In this document: piece by piece, positions 1 to 12,835 of the stretch | Position numbering within the stretch: position 1 is the first letter of the stretch | How the letters are laid out: each line of letters starts with the position of its first letter | Source: Octopus sinensis | Taxonomy: Eukaryota | Length of the DNA stretch: 64,000 nt | Assembly (NCBI RefSeq): GCF_006345805.1 | Contig: NC_043014.1 | Location: 36,332,001 to 36,396,000, forward strand | Direction of reading: 5' to 3' | The notes under the pieces: generated by a model | What the model was told of the DNA's origin: nothing | Database searches by the model: none | What the model saw: the letters and a program-made list of their open reading frames with translations, nothing else | Position numbers and translations under genes: made by a program

Positions 1-920
1 ATATTTTATAATAGGGTAGTTGCGTAAGACACATTAACGATATGTCTATTAAAATGTTTTATGATATCTAATAGATTTACTGAAGAGTTTATCTAATGCA
101 GCGAAGAAAGCGGAAGCAATCAGAGGGAATACATCAAGGTTAAATACTGGATATATCATTTTTTCTCTTACGTAATCCTTTACCGATTTTACTATTCTTG
201 TTTTCCCTACTGTGTGCAGTGTTTTGCTTATACTTTTCACCACTACCTAATGTTTGAATACAGCTGCTAGTTGTAGTTCCGTTACTTAAGTATTTTCGCT
301 CCTTATCATTTCTTAACATCCCTCAATTTCCATCATTCCCCTCTCTTGCTATTACTTATAGTCAAGGTAGCGGTTTCGAATAGTTAGGTTCTCATAGTAG
401 GGCACATGTCCTATATATACATACGTGTTTCACCAATCACGCTTATTGTTAATTATATCCTCATTTATTCCGTCTCCAGACCTACACCTTTGTCTACCAA
501 TTGTAGTATTCAAGTGTTCCTGCAAGAAGGGCTGTTAACTGATTCACTACTTTGAATATAACTAATTTTTCTACATATCTCACTCTAGCGAGTGCTACCT
601 TATAATGACCCGCATTCGACGCAGACCAGCTCGATATTATATGCGAAACTATCAATAATAAAAATTGTAATTCAACAGGGATGATTTCAGAATTTATCAA
701 CATTAAAATTAACGTTTGGATTATGCTAAGCTGCATATAATCCTACATTCAAGCCAGCTACATCTATAAAGTTAGCTGATCTGTAATTTGATCCCATTGG
801 GATTGTTCGACCAAAAGTTTCAAAAACTTTACACATTTTCCTATACCATCTTAGTTCCGCTACACTATACCTGTCAACGTAAAACATTGTCATTTCTCTT
901 TATACTTCCCCTAACCTAGG
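1..920 (-). pseudogene. Degraded Penelope-like element RT/thumb fragment
   Basis: Minus frames give KVFETFG...SANFIDV...NHP...YKVAL and YPVFNLDV...LDKLFSK...HKTF, paralleling the 43.5-45 kb Penelope protein; many stops. Confidence 0.65.
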
Positions 921-1347
921 GAAAATAGTTGCTAGTTGCAAAACGATAGAGATTGTATACTTATATGCGAAAAATTGTTTTATTATATCTTTCTAGATTC
1001 ATGTGTATCAGAGAATATGTATCCATATACACACAAACACACATTAAGATATGTTTTCAATATCAGAAATCAACAAGCACTAACTGCAGAAGGCACACAA
1101 TATATAGTATGGAGTCAAATATTTATTTCCGGAGAACATGTGAGTTAATTTTCGCTTGGAAGTTTCGAAATAACCTGTAAAAAAGAAAGCATTGCCAATT
1201 TAGAAAGAAATTATACGTGTATGTAAGTATGTATGTATGTATGAATGTATGTATGTATGTATGTTTGTATGTATGTTTGTATGTATGTATGTATGTATGT
1301 ATGTATGTATGTATGTATGTATGTATGTATGTGTGTATGTATGTATG

Positions 1348-1378
<31 letters not shown>

Positions 1379-2193
1379 TTGTGTGAGTGAAAGTGAGAGA
1401 GAATGTATGTATGTATGTATGTATGTATGTATGTATGTATGTATGTATGTATGTACATATGTACGTATTTAACTTCAGCCAGCGCTTCACAACTGGTGTT
1501 GCTTGAATACGGATCCATAATTTAGAGGTTTGGTAAAAGTGATGATCGAATAAGTATCAAACTTAAAAATAGGTAGTGAGGCCTCTTTGTTCGACAGTTT
1601 AAGCTGGTAGCCAAGCGTGGTCGCAGTCTAGTGACTGAAACAAGTTAAGAAGATCATCTACGCCCGTGAAAACCTGGTATGTTCAGTAATCGAATGCTTT
1701 TGCTCGATGAATGTTTATATAAATATTAAAGGAGAATTACCATAACGATGAGTTTAGAATAAAACCAATGCAGTAAGCTGTTATGATGTGGTGTTTTCCA
1801 TATCTATAATGTGTGGTCCCTGTTGTGACTGTAGCTGTTGTATCTACTATAGTGGCCATTTTTCTGGTATCGGATACAGTTTATCTCTTCTATACCCGAG
1901 TAGTAATACATCGCTTCGTCTATCGTGCTATTGCTGATAGCTCTGCAAAACAGCGACTTTGAACCGCCTACCATCACTATTGACTCGAACTCGACTCTAA
2001 CCCTTAACTGACACTTAACTCCAACAGAGAACTCGTGCAATTATTCTACAACGACTGATAGACGACTACCCGTACTGGTTGACGTCGTCGCACCTTATAG
2101 TGGCTGAATCATACCATTTGTCCCGTGGGAGGGGTATACCATTTCCACTACGATATAATCGTAAACTTAATCAATAATATTATATAGAAGAAC

Positions 2194-2423
2194 GGCGGCG
2201 AGCTGGCAGAAACGTTAGCACGCCAGGCGAAATGCGTAGCCGTATTTCGTCTGCCGTTACGTTCTGAGTTCAAATTCCGCCGAGGTCGACTTTGCCTTTC
2301 ATCCTTTCGAGGTCGATAAATTAAGTACCAGTTACATATAGGGGTCGATGTAATCGACTTAATCCCTTTGTCTGTCTTTGTTTGTTCCCTCTGTGTTTAG
2401 CCCCTTATGGGCAGTAAAGAAAT
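2194..2423 (+). mobile_element. tRNA-derived SINE with 17-bp TSD
   Basis: Head ggcgagctggcagaa...gagttcaaattcc (A/B-box-like), central gcctttcatcctttcgaggtcgataaattaagtacc, tail gggcagtaaagaaat. TSD atattatatagaagaac at 2177-2193 and 2424-2440. Confidence 0.9.
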
Positions 2424-2519
2424 ATATTATATAGAAGAACAACAAAATTAAAGGAACGAAAATGAAAAATACAATACTAACCACTTTTTGATTCTGCTGG
2501 GGCTTGTTTTCCGAAATCC

Positions 2520-2599
2520 TTAACGAAAATGGCCAATAACAAGCAGTGTGGCTGCAAATTTCAAAATCTTAGTAATAATATTTGCATCATATAATTTAT
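2520..2599 (-). CDS. Ig-like gene A, candidate last coding exon DKLYDANIITKILKFAATLLVIGHFR* (short hydrophobic tail, possibly a GPI signal)
   Basis: Strong acceptor tttttttttctttctattacag|. Only the phase-1 frame is open for more than 12 codons. Linkage to the previous exon is inferred. Confidence 0.45.
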
Positions 2600-4355
2600 C
2601 TGTAATAGAAAGAAAAAAAAAGCACATTTCATTTTAATTTTGGTACAAGACCAAAAACTTTGTTGAAGGTGGACATCGATTACATCAACTCCAGTATTCA
2701 ATTGGTGCCTAATTCATTGACTCTGAAAGAATGAAAAGTAAAGTCAACTTCGGTGGCATTTTAACTCAGAAAGCCGGACAAAATGCCGCCAAGCATATTT
2801 TACGGCGTGCTCATTAATCTACCAGCTCGCAGCCTCAGAAACAGTAATCAAGGATATTGAAGATTTACATAAACACATGTAAAGAATAAATAATCAGAAG
2901 AAAATCAAAACAACAAAGTTCCCAATTAAAATGGAAACACTACCCAAGGGAAACCAAGTAACCTCACAGTAAACAAGTAATCCTTAGTCACCCTGTTACC
3001 AGGAATACTGTTGTGTTTCTCTCACCTCCGTACTGCTGTAACTACATGGGCATGCTTAGGTTACGACAATTCACTCGAGCCATTCTTGTTATATTCATCC
3101 ACAGTGTAAGCTTTACTGGGAGAAAGGACCTTGCTCTCCACGCTCACTTTCCTTTTAAACATGAAAAGTCAATGAAGGTTTGGTCTCTTTCTCATTAATC
3201 GCATCATCTTTCACCATAAGCACCTAATAGAGGAAATCAGCCTACCCTTCAAAATCAAAGGAATGCAAGGAAGCAATCTTCACTTTGGAGTCGACCTACA
3301 ACCAGATCCGTCCGAGAAGTGATTGCAGCTGATAGACATAACTCCAGAAATCAACGATGCTCAAGCACTATACTAATACGTGTACAAAATCTTCATCATG
3401 CAATGTGCATCAAGGGCAAGAGCAGCTGAGGGGAATATCATGCCGGTACATTTTTTCCGCCGAGGTCGACTTTGCCTTTCATCCTTTCGGAGGTCGATTA
3501 AATAAGTACCAGTTACGCACTGGGGTCAGTATAATCGACTTAATCCGTTTGTCTGTCCTTGTTTGTCCTCTCTGTGTTTAGCCCCTTGTGTGTAGATGGT
3601 CTCGGTGCAACGTCCGCTAAGACCAATACCCTGCTGACAGAGGTGTGAGCGCCTGATGTCACACTAGGTGTCAGGTACCCTCCATAGGTCTATGCTTGAC
3701 CCAAGAATGTCGTGTATATATGTGAGTATGCGCAGTGTCAGTTATGTGTATGAATGTGTGTGTGTAGGGATGTATGTGTGTGTGAGTGTGTGTAGCGTGT
3801 GCATGTATGTATGTGTAGATGTGTATATTAGTGTTTGTTCCCCACCATCACCGGAAAACCAGTGTTGGTTTGTTTACGTGCCCACAACGTATCAGTTCGG
3901 GAATAAATACGACAAAGACTATTAGAAAATGGCCCAGCATGGCCACCATCCAGTAACTGAAAGAAGCAAAAGTTAGAAGATTAAAGATACCTGCATTGTC
4001 TCTGATTGCTTGCTGCTCAGTACCTTCAAATAAAAATTAAAAAACATAAACAAAATAATATATAGAAATATAATATTTAAGTTTTAATCTTAGTTTTTAA
4101 TGCAGTTTTGTTTTCCAAATTGGAAATAAAATCAAAATGTTTATCATTCAAAATGTGACCGCGTGTGTACCGTTGGCGATTTTTTTCCTCCGTCTTCCCT
4201 TCTCTGGATCTTTCCTTCTCCTATGTTTCTGACGAAGAGCTCCGCGCGAATCGTTAAACCCGCCTTCTTCCCTTGCTTCCTGAGCGTCCAATAATACTAT
4301 ATTTGTTCCACGTCCTCGCGTTGTTGTGTTTTCTCATTGTGTTTTCATGTTGGAT

Positions 4356-4411
<56 letters not shown>

Positions 4412-5689
4412 TTAACCAGATCTACAATCGAAAAGTATGATCAAATTTTGATCCTGAACTGAAATTCATTCAATCTTTCTCCTTTTGTTTAATATAAATC
4501 TGTTATACCGGTATTGAAATTTTTTCTTTATAGTATGTGTTCTTGTTTATTTCAATGTTGACTTGCCACGCTCTATATTTTTCTACTGCAAGCTCCTCAT
4601 CTCTGAAATATGAACTAGTACCTATCGTATGTCAGTCAGACAAACTGAAGCATTCTCGTGAAGTATTCTCTTTATGACAAATTGCTGGAACCAGTCGAAA
4701 TCTGTTGCTGATCTTAAGATCATTCCTGATAACTTTGACCTATGATCGAAGATTTTCCCCCCGTAACCACCCTGTCTTTTACTTTAGACATGGTTTGAAT
4801 TATATTAACGAGAGTTATTCATACTTTTTAAACGAAAAGATATAATTAGAGAGATTATGTTAGTGTTTTTGACTCTTTACTTTTATAGCTAAGTCTTCAT
4901 AGTCGAATGAAACTTTCTTTTGCTAGGACGATAGAATAGGCATCAGGGAGATTTAACTGCTATTTAACGCATAGAAATTCCTTCAGGATGCAGACATGTA
5001 GTTCTCTTTTCTCTTGCTGTCTAAACTCAGCAGTATTCTGTTCCAAGGATGATGTGTTTAATTTTTTTCGTTTGTTCTATGTCTCCTTGTGGGGACATAG
5101 AACAAACGAAACAAAGTAAAAAAAATCGCAAAAATATATGTTACTAACTTAGGGTGACCCGCTCTATGCGTGGGTGAGGTTGTGGTTGTTACTTTCTGTT
5201 GCTTCCCTTCTGTTTCTTTTCACCACATTATCCCTCTTTGTTTCTCTCTCTTTTCTCTCTCACTTTCCCACTCTCTTACTCTTCCTTTCTCTCGGACTCT
5301 CCCTCGCTTTCTCTCACTCTCTATCTTTCTTTATCTATCTCTCTCCCATTTATAAAAAACAAAAGATCTTGAGTAAGTTGAGAAAGGAAATATTTTGAAA
5401 GATCAATCATAAATATCAGGCAGTGAAAATGGAAAGCACACATGCCTTTTGTACGTGTCACTATTTGAGCGATTAAAAATAAGGAAAAAAAGGATTTCTT
5501 TGTTAAATTTAGTACTTATTTTGGGAAGTTTTCTACGATTGACCATGCAAATGAAAGCTCTAAACTGTAAACAATAAAAAGTAAAAAGCAAAAATACGTA
5601 AAAATGAGAAATTTTCTTTCAACTTCAGAAATATTACCTTAATTTTCAAACTTTGAACCCATTTCCACGCTTAAATTACAAATCCGCTT

Positions 5690-6720
5690 CCACATTACTA
5701 TGTTGAAAATTTGATTGAAATCGGGCCATTATTACATCATCTATCGTTATCGTTTCTGGCATTTTCTCAATAGTTTTCTTTGGCGCTTGAATGACCGTGT
5801 TTCAGGTTTGGCCTTCGCAATGCCTACCTTCCGTCGTTGTGGCCTGGAGAACCGCTATCTCTTTCTCATTTCCATGTAGGACAGTGGCTGCTATCCAGAC
5901 CACGTCAACTTCTGGTGGGATTCCCTCTACGCTAACTTTTAAAGCACGCCTTCTATGGTACATATATAATAGTATCACTTCATCACTCTTTATAATGGTT
6001 GCTGCGTTCTACTTTGTCTTTTCTGCCTCTTTAAATCTCACCTCTACATTTCCATACTTGCCCCAGGTAAGATACGTTATCTCTTGTCAGATTGGCCTTA
6101 GTGCCTTCTCTATTTTGTAAGTAGTCATTATGTATATCTTCCCAGCAGCTACGGAATGCGTCTTGTATATAACTGTACATTCTTTCCTATTTTTAACCAT
6201 TCCTTCTGAGGCGGTTCAATTCCACATTTAATCCTTCGTGACTCATCATTGTCATGTAATTTCTCCATTTTTCCCATTCGATTTGATATTCCTTACACTT
6301 TGCGATTTCTGCGAAGTTTTTGTTCTCTCTTATCCGTTCCCCGTTCAGTTTCTCTATTGTACTCCACGAAATCTCTGACGACGACGATTGCTCCGACGGT
6401 TCCGACGAGGACAGCTCTGAGTAGCTGATATCTTCCTCTTCTGACATCTTTTCTTTTTATTCAGTCTACCTTCTTCTATGAGGAAGGAAAGCACAAATAA
6501 ACTGCCGCAAGACAGCACAAACTTAAGTGTTCAAGGAACACTACAACAATTAAACAACAATATAACGCCAGCAAATGATACAACTTTAACTCACCAAATT
6601 TTTCTCTACTAATGACTGACCTTGTTTCTCTATTGCCTACAAGGGCATACAGAGAGGGGACGAACAAGGACAGACTACAATGCACAAGTGGGACAAACAA
6701 CATAAACGGATGAATGAAAT
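5690..6720 (-). mobile_element. Probable L1/Tx1-type ORF1 5' fragment (paralog ~32600-33640)
   Basis: Broken minus-strand ORFs (MSEEEDISYS...; RRRALKVSVEGIPPEVDV) resembling LINE ORF1 RRM regions. Confidence 0.4.
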
Positions 6721-7127
6721 GAAATTATATAAAAATGGTGTAATGGCTACTACTCGACCTCACTTCCGTGTAGTACCATTTTAACTATATTTACACTATT
6801 TTTTAATCCAACGTTTATCCGAATAATTATCTTAGCAAATTGAAAGCGGTTTCAGTTTTTCGAAATCCAACACAGGAGGCAGAGGATCGTGTCTTATTTC
6901 TAACCCTAATGGGTTTACTTCGTCCCCAGGTGTACCATTAAAAGTTTGCTTTTAATTTTTAATAGTTTTTCCTGTTAATTAAAATTCATCCCATACCTGG
7001 GTCTCTCATGTTTTCTTCTTCTATAACTTTTATCAAGACGTAATCTTTCCAGCTCTTTATTCGCGTGGTCTAACGCCATAAATGGCACGTTCTGTTTGGC
7101 CTAAAAACAGGTGTTAATGAGTTTCCT

Positions 7128-8899
7128 GGCAAGGGTGGGGTGCTGGTCCATTTCTACCAGTCCAAAGCTTTCGACAAGGTTGAACATCAGTATCCGGTGT
7201 TGGTCCTCTCAGCATTCGGGGTCGGCCCCGTCTTTAGAGGGTGGATCATCGCTTTATACAGTAACATTGACTCTGTTCAACAAAGGTGTCCTCTCTCCCC
7301 ACTTCTGTATGTATGGGCTCTAGAGTTCTTGCTGCGGAAGTTGGAGAGATTAAAGTGCGTCCCACGAGATCTAGGTTGCAGTGGGAATGTTTCGGCGTAT
7401 GCGAATGACATCACCACCATAGTGTCCGAAATGGTACACCTACAGAGTGTAGGCAACGCTATTAAAGGCTATGAGGCAGGAGCAAAAGTTAACTGGAATA
7501 AGTCAATCGGCTTGCAACTCGGCACCTGGCAAGGCAAGACGATACCTCCCAACAACATTGTAGGGCGTTGGAAGGAGGGGCTGGTTAAAATGTTAGGGGT
7601 TTAGTTTTGTCCAGATCTCCAGATAAAGAATTGGAGCGAGGTCTGAGTAGCGGCTCTCCCTGAAAGGAAGGGCAGAGGTCTCAGTTGTGTTTATCGCTTC
7701 TGTAATTACCTACCGCCTAACCGTCGTGCCTTGCCCCCGTTCGTGGCTGATCAATTTAGAGGGGCTGCTCTTCCGTTTTTTGTGGAGTAGAAGTCCTCTT
7801 GTAAAGCGCTCTGTCTGCTGCCAGCACCCGCTAAATGGTGCGCAAGGGATGTCTTGGCTGTTGATGCGCAGACGTGCGCTGATGCTGAGTTATCTGTGTC
7901 TCTACCTGGATAGTGAACAGGTGTGGTCTCCGTTCGGTCGGTTGTTATTTACTAAGCTTACTAGTTTGGGTGAACTAGGACCTTGGGTCAAGTGTAGACG
8001 AAAGTTGAGTGCTTGGCAAGCGAAGTGTTGTGAGGCACTCAAGCTTCTCTGTCACATGGACAACGCCAGCGGAGGGGGTTCCGCCTCGTATTTTTATAGA
8101 GGGTTGGTTGAGGTTCAGTGTGACGACGATGTGGGGGAAGATTCTAGGCTTCGATGATGGTCAACTAGCCTGTCTGTTCCGAAGGACATTTGGGCCAGGA
8201 CCCTTGGATAACTTCCAAAGATTCTCCGCCTGGCAGTGTTACTGAGGAGCCTTACCAATTCGCGCGCCCAAGATGCGAGCAGGACAGGGAAACTGTTCTG
8301 CACGCGATTGTACAATGACCCAAAATTTCCGAAATGTGGGTTTACCTTGAACACCCGCTGACGCGGCTGGAAGGAGTACAGCTGTCTTTCGCGTCGATTG
8401 TATAGATTGTTCCTGCTTCCTCTTTTAACAAAGAAGGCATGGCTCGTTTTCTCATTGTGGTCGCTATACCGAAAGAAGTAGTATGGAAGACCCACGTGAA
8501 AAGAATCGTGAGAGGCAACTTCATCTCCAGCCTTGGACTGGTTAATTTCCTCATCTACCATCTTAAAGGAAAAATAAGGGTGGAGATAAAATGCCTGTCA
8601 CCTGATTTATACGGAAAACGATGGAAAGCTGTAGCGACTTTGTTGAGAATGAAGAATCCGCATAGTATATCAATAAGGTTATACAAAAGGGTTACAATGG
8701 TGGCACGGGGTTTGCGGGGTCGAAGCGAAACCCGTCCTCCACTTCATTGTATGGTTATTGTTTGGTATCATCCTATTTATAAAAATTCTTAACGTAAATT
8801 TTTAACTATTCATCTTTTGTAAAATCATTCCTTTTATCCACTCCTCCCTCATTTATATCGTCTCCTGTATGTTTAACCCCTGTGGGCAATAAAGAAATA
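7128..8899 (+). mobile_element. 5'-truncated Tx1/L1-clade LINE ORF2 (RT) pseudogene
   Basis: QSKAFDKVEH, QRCPLSPLLY, SAYAND (YADD), GAKVNWNKS; stops and frameshifts; ends in aataaagaaata. Confidence 0.85.
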
Positions 8900-10190
8900 G
8901 TCGTTCTTGTTCTTTGACTTGCTGTTGGTGACTGCAGGGGGATGGTGGGACAGCGTTGGGCAGGGTGGGAGTAGGGTAGGAATTCACATTTTCACCTTGA
9001 TTTCTTCTTTTCCCTCTCTTCCGTTTCTTTGGTACCGTATTCCATCCATGTTTCTCCTCTGCCACCTGATTATCTTCCTCCTTCTTCGGTTCTTTTTTGC
9101 TCACACATGACATCGCAAGCGGTGGAGGTGCGCTTTCTTTCGTTGGTTCCTTTGCGGCAGGTAGAGTGTATCCTGTTTTATGTGCCCTTTTGACCGCATT
9201 TAAAGCAACAGTGAGTCCTGCTCTCCACTAAGACTCTCAGCTTTATATCCTCTCCAAATGTGATGGTTTCTACCATCTTCTCTGAATCTCCCACGGCGGC
9301 CTGGATGATCATTTCTAGTGCCAATTTCTTTGTGGTATACTTTTGGCCTGGAAGCTCACAAACTTATCTGCCATTTCCAACGGGATGGCGGCCACCAGCC
9401 AGGCTACACCCACCTAAGGAGGGATCTCTTCTACCCTTACCCCAGAAGCACGCCTTCCCAGGTAAATGGTTAGAAAGACTACTTCACCCGTTTTGAAGGG
9501 AGTCACGCAATGCTACCTGGCCCAAGACTTCGACGCAAAAAGCACCTCTCCCGTTGTCTATCTTCTGCTTCTGGCAAAGTAATTCACTTCCTTCCATATT
9601 CACTTCCTTCAATTCCTCTATGCCTTTTCAACCTGTGTTGTGGTTGCGACCTCTTTTCGCTGTAATTATAAACCGTAAGTTCTGCACAGTACGGTTCTTC
9701 TTTTAACTCCTTCCGTTATCTCACTGGAAATGGACACCTTTACATCGTTCCCCTTAATTTCAAAGATTTCCTTGAATTGATTCAATTCTTCCAAGCATAC
9801 GTCCTCACTTTTATCTTTCACCGCCTAGAGTTCTTGGCCTCCATCGCCTCGTCAATCTTTTTCAAACTTTTAACAAGTTCCCCCTCGGACGACAAGTCTG
9901 AGGAGCTAACCTTTTCAGTTCTCGTCTCCATTACCGTGCCTCCCCTTTCAAACAAGGATGAAAGCGTCAACAAAGCCGCCTGAGGCAGCAAAATGATGTG
10001 CCGACGGACACAAAACAGTCAACCAGCGAAAAACAATTCAACTCACAGAAAAATTCAAGATTTTAACCAGCCTGCAAATAAAATAACAACTCTGCTACTA
10101 CTGACTGACCAAACAACAAATGATTGCAGACTTTATAGTGGTTGAGTCATACCACTTTGCCACGTGGTAAGGGGTGTACCATTTCTCTAC
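8900..10190 (-). mobile_element. LINE ORF1 (gag-like) fragment with zinc knuckle (paralog ~35811-37135)
   Basis: Minus strand near 9180-9215 reads CFKCGQKGHIKQD (CX2CX4H knuckle), followed by a basic KKRKRGKRR tail. Confidence 0.6.
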
Positions 10191-10640
10191 TACTGTGTGT
10201 ATAGTGTGTGCGTGCGTGTATGCATGTGTGTGTGCGTGTGCGTGCGTTCCTGTGTGCATACGTGTGTACGTGCGTGCGTGCATGTGTATGCATGTATTTA
10301 TAAAGAGAAAGTTCGCTTTTCCGTGCTGTACGGACCTTTTCACTACAATTTCCGCCATAAGGAGGACTTTATGCAAACCATGTCATATAGAGTGCATTTA
10401 AAGGATGCAGCTTCTTATATCAACTAAATGTCTCCAGAATCTTAAAAAAGCAAATATATAAATTTGGTTAATCGTAATGATATACCTGTCAGGGATAAAT
10501 ATAATTGTCAATATAACCGTGAGTGGATGTACAAATTTACTGGAAGGTGTAATTTAACCAGAAATATTGTTTCAGGAGACGTTAAGGAACAAGAATATAT
10601 AAAGACGTTAAGGAAGATAACACAAAGAAAATTTGTTTAC

Positions 10641-10946
10641 CTGTTTTGCTGGTGAGCTGTAGAGTGCGTGATTCACTGTATACAGAACATGAGACGCTTG
10701 AGTTACCAATGTCCCCCTCTCTTATAACGATTTTATTAAGTGACACTGCTGGAGATAAACACTTTCCATGCGGTCGAACATCCACTTGACTCACATTTAT
10801 CCAATTGTAGTGTTTTGTCTCATGACTCCATAAAAAGTCAGTAGCGCCAAAAGGTGCCCCGATGTATGCTGAACATCTGAAGATCGCTAACTTGTTTACT
10901 TGAGCGGGCGGGTTAAGAAATTCAAGTTTCTTAATGAAAGATCTCA
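10641..10946 (-). CDS. Ig-like gene A, second (C2/CD80-like) Ig domain exon (306 nt, phase 1-1)
   Basis: Acceptor ttttcttttcag|, donor AG|GTAAAC. Reads VRSFIKKLEF...AIFRCSAYIGAP...FLW...GDIGNSSVSCSV, a C-x-G-x-P..W..D-G-x-x-x-x-x-C pattern. Confidence 0.85.
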
Positions 10947-10971
10947 CTGAAAAGAAAAAAAACAAAAACGA

Positions 10972-11153
10972 GTAGGCCAGGGAGTGGCTGTGTGGTAAGT
11001 AGCTTGCTAACCAATCACATGGTTCGGGGTTCAGTCCCAGTGCGTGGCATCTTGGGCAAGTGTCTTCTGCTACATTCCCGGGCCGACCAATGCCTTGTGA
11101 GTGGATTTGGTAGATGGAAACTGAAAGAATCCTGTCGTATATATGTATATATA

Positions 11154-11195
<42 letters not shown>

Positions 11196-11395
11196 TCCCC
11201 CTAGCATTGCTTGACAACCGATGCTGGTGTGTTTACATTCCCGTCACTTAGCGGTTCGGCAAAAGATACCGATAGAATAAGTACTGGGCTTACAAAGAAT
11301 AAGGCCCGGTGTCGATTTGCTCGACTAAAGGCGGTGCTCCAGCATGGCCGCAGTCAAATGACTGAAACAAATAAAAGAGTAAAAAGAGTAAAGAG
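10972..11395 (+). mobile_element. Second SINE family (CORE-like ttgggcaagt, internal (TA)/(TG) repeat); paralog ~37920-38400
   Basis: Head gagtggctgtgtggtaag...ggttcagtccc, then ttgggcaagtg, tail gcggtgctccagcatggccgcagtcaaatgactgaaac(aaaagag)n. Partial copies at 11808-11960, 15430-17065, 38818-38970, 42758-43120 and 58320-58530 (minus). Confidence 0.85.
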
Positions 11396-11964
11396 AATCG
11401 AAATATGTTTATCTTCGAACAAAGGGCCTCACAATAAAAGAGTAGTTTCACTAATGTAAACTACAATCTTCATACTAAACTAAAACATTTGACAACACTC
11501 CAATTATTGTTAATCCTGGGCTTTGGGAAATGTTGCTTGGAAGTGGTTAACTGTGTAAGCAGTGCTAAGGCTGTGTGGAGCCAAGTCACTAGCAATAACT
11601 CCACAACAGATGAATGACACATTCATACACGTGTATATTTACTTACACATAAGCATGTATTTGTGTGCAATTATATATATTTTCATGTGTGCGTGTATGT
11701 ATGTGTGTGTGTGCGCATGTATGAATATGTGGACACATATATAGATACATATATATTCACATACGCAAACATATTTACATACATTCATGCATGCATATAC
11801 AGACATGCACTTAGCGGTTCGGCAAAAGTGACCGATAGAATAAGTAGTGGGCTTACAAAGAATAAGTCCCGATGTTGATTTGCTCGACTAAAGGCGGTGC
11901 TCCAGCATGGCCGCAGTCAAATGACTGAAATAAGTAAAAGAGAGAAAAGAAAGAGAGAGACTTA

Positions 11965-12325
11965 AGTGCATGCTGGACGGTACCTACACCAGAATGTTAC
12001 GAGCAGTGCCCAACATTTAATGGAGGGAGAACCCAACAAAACAAAGGTTATATGGGAATGTATCAACTTTCTCATCAATCATCTAAGAGCGTACGTTGGG
12101 TTTTGCTGACCATTGCTGGAGAAGTAATGAAGAACTTGTGAGTGACGAGTTGTTGTGGGCACCAAATCACGGTACCACGGCGGCTGGAAGACCACGGAAG
12201 ACATATATACAACAGCTTGCAGAAGATTTTGGATGCCAAGTTGAAGACCTAAAAACACTAATGGAAGATCGGGAGTGATGGAGAGAGTTAGTCAGGCTGG
12301 CCTGGGCAATTGACCTGACTGAATG
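11965..12325 (+). mobile_element. RTE-type LINE 3' fragment (paralog ~38975-39335)
   Basis: LDGTYTRMLRA...FADHCWR...LLWAP..G....GRPRKTY...MEDRE, typical of the RTE C-terminus. Confidence 0.8.
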
Positions 12326-12439
12326 AAACTTGTGTTCGATAGTGCAATAGAAACACGCAATAGAAATAAAAATAAAGACAATGGAGTTGAATACGTGCAA
12401 AAAAAGAAACGGAAGTAAAAATAGAACGAGTAAACTGAC

Positions 12440-12772
12440 CTCTTACAACTCTAGGTTTTGAAGATCCTCGATTTGTTGAACATTTGTAGTATGTCGCATC
12501 CTCACAAGAGGGATAACGTTTCGAGCAGGTAACCACACCTTTCTTATCTGCAGGGAACGTAGGTACAGTACAGTCAAAACCCTTTCTCCTGGTTACTACC
12601 TCAAAAATTCGTGACTTCAATTGAAGATCGATTTGAACAACAACTTCACTGTGATTTCGCACGAGAAAAAACTGAAGAAGATTTTTTATATCATACCGAC
12701 ATTTTATAGTTAAGAATGTTGCGTGTGCAAAATCAATATTGCTTGAAGGAAACACATCTGCAATCTCAATAA
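12440..12772 (-). CDS. Ig-like gene A, V-like immunoglobulin domain exon (333 nt, phase 1-1)
   Basis: Acceptor ttttttttctatgcag|, donor AG|GTCAGT. Stop-free IEIADVFP...LTIKCRY...PSCEDATYYKCST...VVR, with a B-strand LTIKC and an F-strand D-x-x-x-Y-x-C motif. Confidence 0.85.
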
Positions 12773-12835
12773 CTGCATAGAAAAAAAACATAAATCAGAG
12801 ATAGATGTTATAAAGAAATATATAAATGTAACTAT

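Noticed and set aside
1123-1518. ORFs such as YIHT/MYVC, YI, LSIY, poly-F/S and HT repeats here and throughout the window
   Set aside because: They are translations of microsatellites, not genes.
1804-2150. MHEFSVGVKC... ORF as a possible further Ig-gene exon
   Set aside because: The phase-1 frame from the nearest acceptor stops after 16 codons, and 2095-2150 resembles the repeat end at 10130-10190, so it is likely transposon-derived.
2194-2285. tRNA-like A/B boxes
   Set aside because: They are SINE heads, with no complete cloverleaf.
4565-4601. Possible micro-exon (ttcag|agatgaggag...|gcaagt)
   Set aside because: It gives EMRSLQ* in the required phase and has a non-canonical donor. It cannot be excluded as an alternative end but is unsupported.
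12400-12830. RAG-type recombination signals around the V exon
   Set aside because: No heptamer/nonamer pair was seen; the exons are joined by ordinary splice sites, so there is no evidence for somatic rearrangement.
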